Assembly: GCA_963772565.1 (NCBI GenBank)
Contig: CAVYXU010000033.1
Coordinates: 5,323 to 69,322 of the forward strand
Reading direction: 5' to 3'
DNA length: 64,000 nt
Origin: an uncultured Chloroflexia bacterium
GTDB lineage: Bacteria > Chloroflexota > Limnocylindria > Limnocylindrales > CSP1-4
The stretch's first letter is position 1, and every line of letters begins with the position of its first letter. The notes under the pieces were generated by a model. It was not told the origin of the DNA. It saw only the letters and a program-made list of their open reading frames with translations, and did not search any database. The position numbers and the translations under genes were made by a program. Of the stretch, positions 62,026-64,000 are shown in pieces.

Positions 62026-63927
62026 ATGCCTACGTCTGCGCGCCTTCGTATGGCACGCTCTGTCGCCGCCGTGTTCATGGCCCTGTCGGTGCTGCTGCCG
62101 GCGGCTGCGCCGGCCGCGGCTGCGAACGACCTCACCCTCCGCGTCGGCACGACGCAGGACCTCGACGCGATGAACCCGTTCCAGACGGCGCTCGTCGTCG
62201 GGTTCGAGGCGTTCACCCTCAACTACCAGCTGCTGCTCGGCTTCGACGCCAACCTCGAGCCGAAGCCCGAGTTCGCCGATTCGTGGACCAAGTCCGACGA
62301 CGGCCTGACCTACACGTTCAAGATCAACCCGGACAAGAAGTGGTCCGACGGGACCCCGGCAACATCGGAGGACGTGCGCTGGACGTACCAGTTCATCCTC
62401 GATGCTGCCAAGAGCGATGCCGGCGCCACGTGCCTCGGCTACCTCGATCCGTACCTCATCAACGCCAGCCTCAGCGCCGTCACCGCGCCGGATCCGCAGA
62501 CGGTCGTGCTGACCCTCGACCGGCCGGATGAGCGGATCCTCCAGTCCTACGTGCCGATCCTGCCCAAGCACATCTGGGGCACCCAGACGATCGACACCAT
62601 CTGCGACTTCCAGAACGAGCCGCCCGTCGTTGGCTCCGGCCCGTACCAGGCGCAGCAGTGGCAGACCGGCCAGTTCGTCAACTTCGCGAAGAACCCGAAC
62701 TGGCAGGGCGATCCGCTCGCGGCCGACACCGTCGTGCTCCAGATCTTCAAGAGCTCCGACACGATGGTCCAGGCGCTGCGCTCGGGCGAGCTTGACTACG
62801 CGCACGGCGTCAATGCCGACCAGTTCGACGCGCTCAAGGGCCAGCCCAACATCGAGCAGAATGCCGGCACCGCCAACGGGTACACGGAGCTCGGGTTCAA
62901 CACCTACGGCACCGGGACCGGCAACGTGATCAAGGGCGGTGGCCCGTCCACCAAGGCGCTGCAGGACGCAGCGTTCCGCGACGCCCTGGGCTACGCGATC
63001 GACAAGAACCTCCTGGTCGACAAGGTGCTCGGTGGATACGGGGATCCCGGCACGACCGAGGTCCCGCCGTTCCAGACCCGCTGGCACAAGGAGCCGGCCA
63101 CCCCGCGCACGTTCGACATCGAGCTGGCCAAGCAGAAGCTCGACACAGCGGGCTACAAGCTGGACAGCTCCGGCAAGCGGCTGGACAAGGAAGGCAAGCC
63201 CATCAGCCTGCGGCTCGTGTTCCCGGACACGGAGAGCACGTATCCGCAGTCGGCGCAGTTCATCCAGTCGTGGTTCGCGGAGCTGGGCATCGAGGTCACA
63301 CCCGCGCAGTACGACTCGGACACGCTGATCGACAAGATGCTCTCGCCCGAGGCCGGCGACTACACGGCCGACTTCGACATGTTCATCTGGGGCTGGGGCG
63401 GTGACGTCGATCCGAACTCCCTGCTCGAGATCTTCACCTGCGACCAGATCGGCGGTTCGTCCGACAGCCTGTACTGCAACCCGGCCTACGACGACCTGTT
63501 CAAGAAGCAGAACGCCGCCACCTCGTACGAGGAGCGGAAGGCGATCATGGACCAGATGCAGGACCTCATCTACAACGAGGCCCCGTATCACATCCTGTTC
63601 TACGACGCCAACCTCGACGCCTGGCGGACCGACAAGTTCTCGGGCTGGCAGCTCCAGCCCACGGAGAACGGCACGCCGCTGTTCGGCTATGGCTCCTACG
63701 GCTACACGGTGCTGACCGTGGCCGGCGCCGAGCCCAGCCCGAGCGCGTCGAGCCCTGATTCCGCAGCCTCGCAGGCAGCGACGCCGGCCCCCAGCGGTGA
63801 CTCCAGCCAGCCCGCGTCGAGCAGCGACAATACGCTGCTCATCGTGGTGGTGGTCATCGTCTTGGTGGTCGTCGCCGGTGGCCTGATCCTCGCCCGCCGG
63901 CGTGGTCCCAAGGCCGAGGAAGAGTAG
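62026..63927 (+). CDS. ABC transporter substrate-binding protein (family 5, Opp/Dpp) with C-terminal TM anchor
   Basis: SD AGGAGG, signal peptide, WSDGTPATSEDV, ILPKHIW, GSGPY, S/P-rich linker, TM segment, RRR. Confidence 0.92.
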   Translation: MPTSARLRMARSVAAVFMALSVLLPAAAPAAAANDLTLRVGTTQDLDAMNPFQTALVVGFEAFTLNYQLLLGFDANLEPKPEFADSWTKSDDGLTYTFKINPDKKWSDGTPATSEDVRWTYQFILDAAKSDAGATCLGYLDPYLINASLSAVTAPDPQTVVLTLDRPDERILQSYVPILPKHIWGTQTIDTICDFQNEPPVVGSGPYQAQQWQTGQFVNFAKNPNWQGDPLAADTVVLQIFKSSDTMVQALRSGELDYAHGVNADQFDALKGQPNIEQNAGTANGYTELGFNTYGTGTGNVIKGGGPSTKALQDAAFRDALGYAIDKNLLVDKVLGGYGDPGTTEVPPFQTRWHKEPATPRTFDIELAKQKLDTAGYKLDSSGKRLDKEGKPISLRLVFPDTESTYPQSAQFIQSWFAELGIEVTPAQYDSDTLIDKMLSPEAGDYTADFDMFIWGWGGDVDPNSLLEIFTCDQIGGSSDSLYCNPAYDDLFKKQNAATSYEERKAIMDQMQDLIYNEAPYHILFYDANLDAWRTDKFSGWQLQPTENGTPLFGYGSYGYTVLTVAGAEPSPSASSPDSAASQAATPAPSGDSSQPASSSDNTLLIVVVVIVLVVVAGGLILARRRGPKAEEE

Positions 63928-64000
63928 GGCGCGACCAGCCGCTTGTTGAGCGGGAGCTGGCGGAGCGCGACGGCGTCTCCGCCAGCGACCAGCCGCTAGA

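Overview
High-GC bacterial window; the gene families suggest Chloroflexota, possibly Limnocylindria (inference only). About 0-16.8 kb is a Wzx/Wzy-type surface-polysaccharide cluster with two convergent paralogous membrane proteins and eroded sugar-gene relics. About 16.8-47 kb is mixed core: DUF3048 lipoprotein, two diguanylate cyclases, PolX, Amt, a degenerate methyltransferase/nuclease-like protein, amine catabolism genes, MscS, Acs, a MinD/CpaE-like ATPase with a coiled-coil partner, MoaA, PNP, ThyX and an MFS. About 47-56 kb is a cyclic-nucleotide block: two cyclase-STAND-TPR paralogs, two stand-alone cNMP-binding proteins, a flavoprotein and DUF3307. About 56-64 kb holds CocE, Nudix, Rieske oxygenase, SolA and an ABC binding protein. 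The best novel candidate is an unannotated structured RNA of about 240 nt between moaA and PNP (42.17-42.42 kb). It has its own sigma70-type promoter, upstream DnaA-box-like sites, and three hairpins at an exact 34-nt period that each carry GAUCRCMUCAAG, resembling the 16S rRNA 3' tail. Other notable signals are a CarH/LitR-like operator, a second rod-like RNA candidate before amt, pervasive leaderless gene starts, and many +1 frameshifts that are probably sequencing errors.
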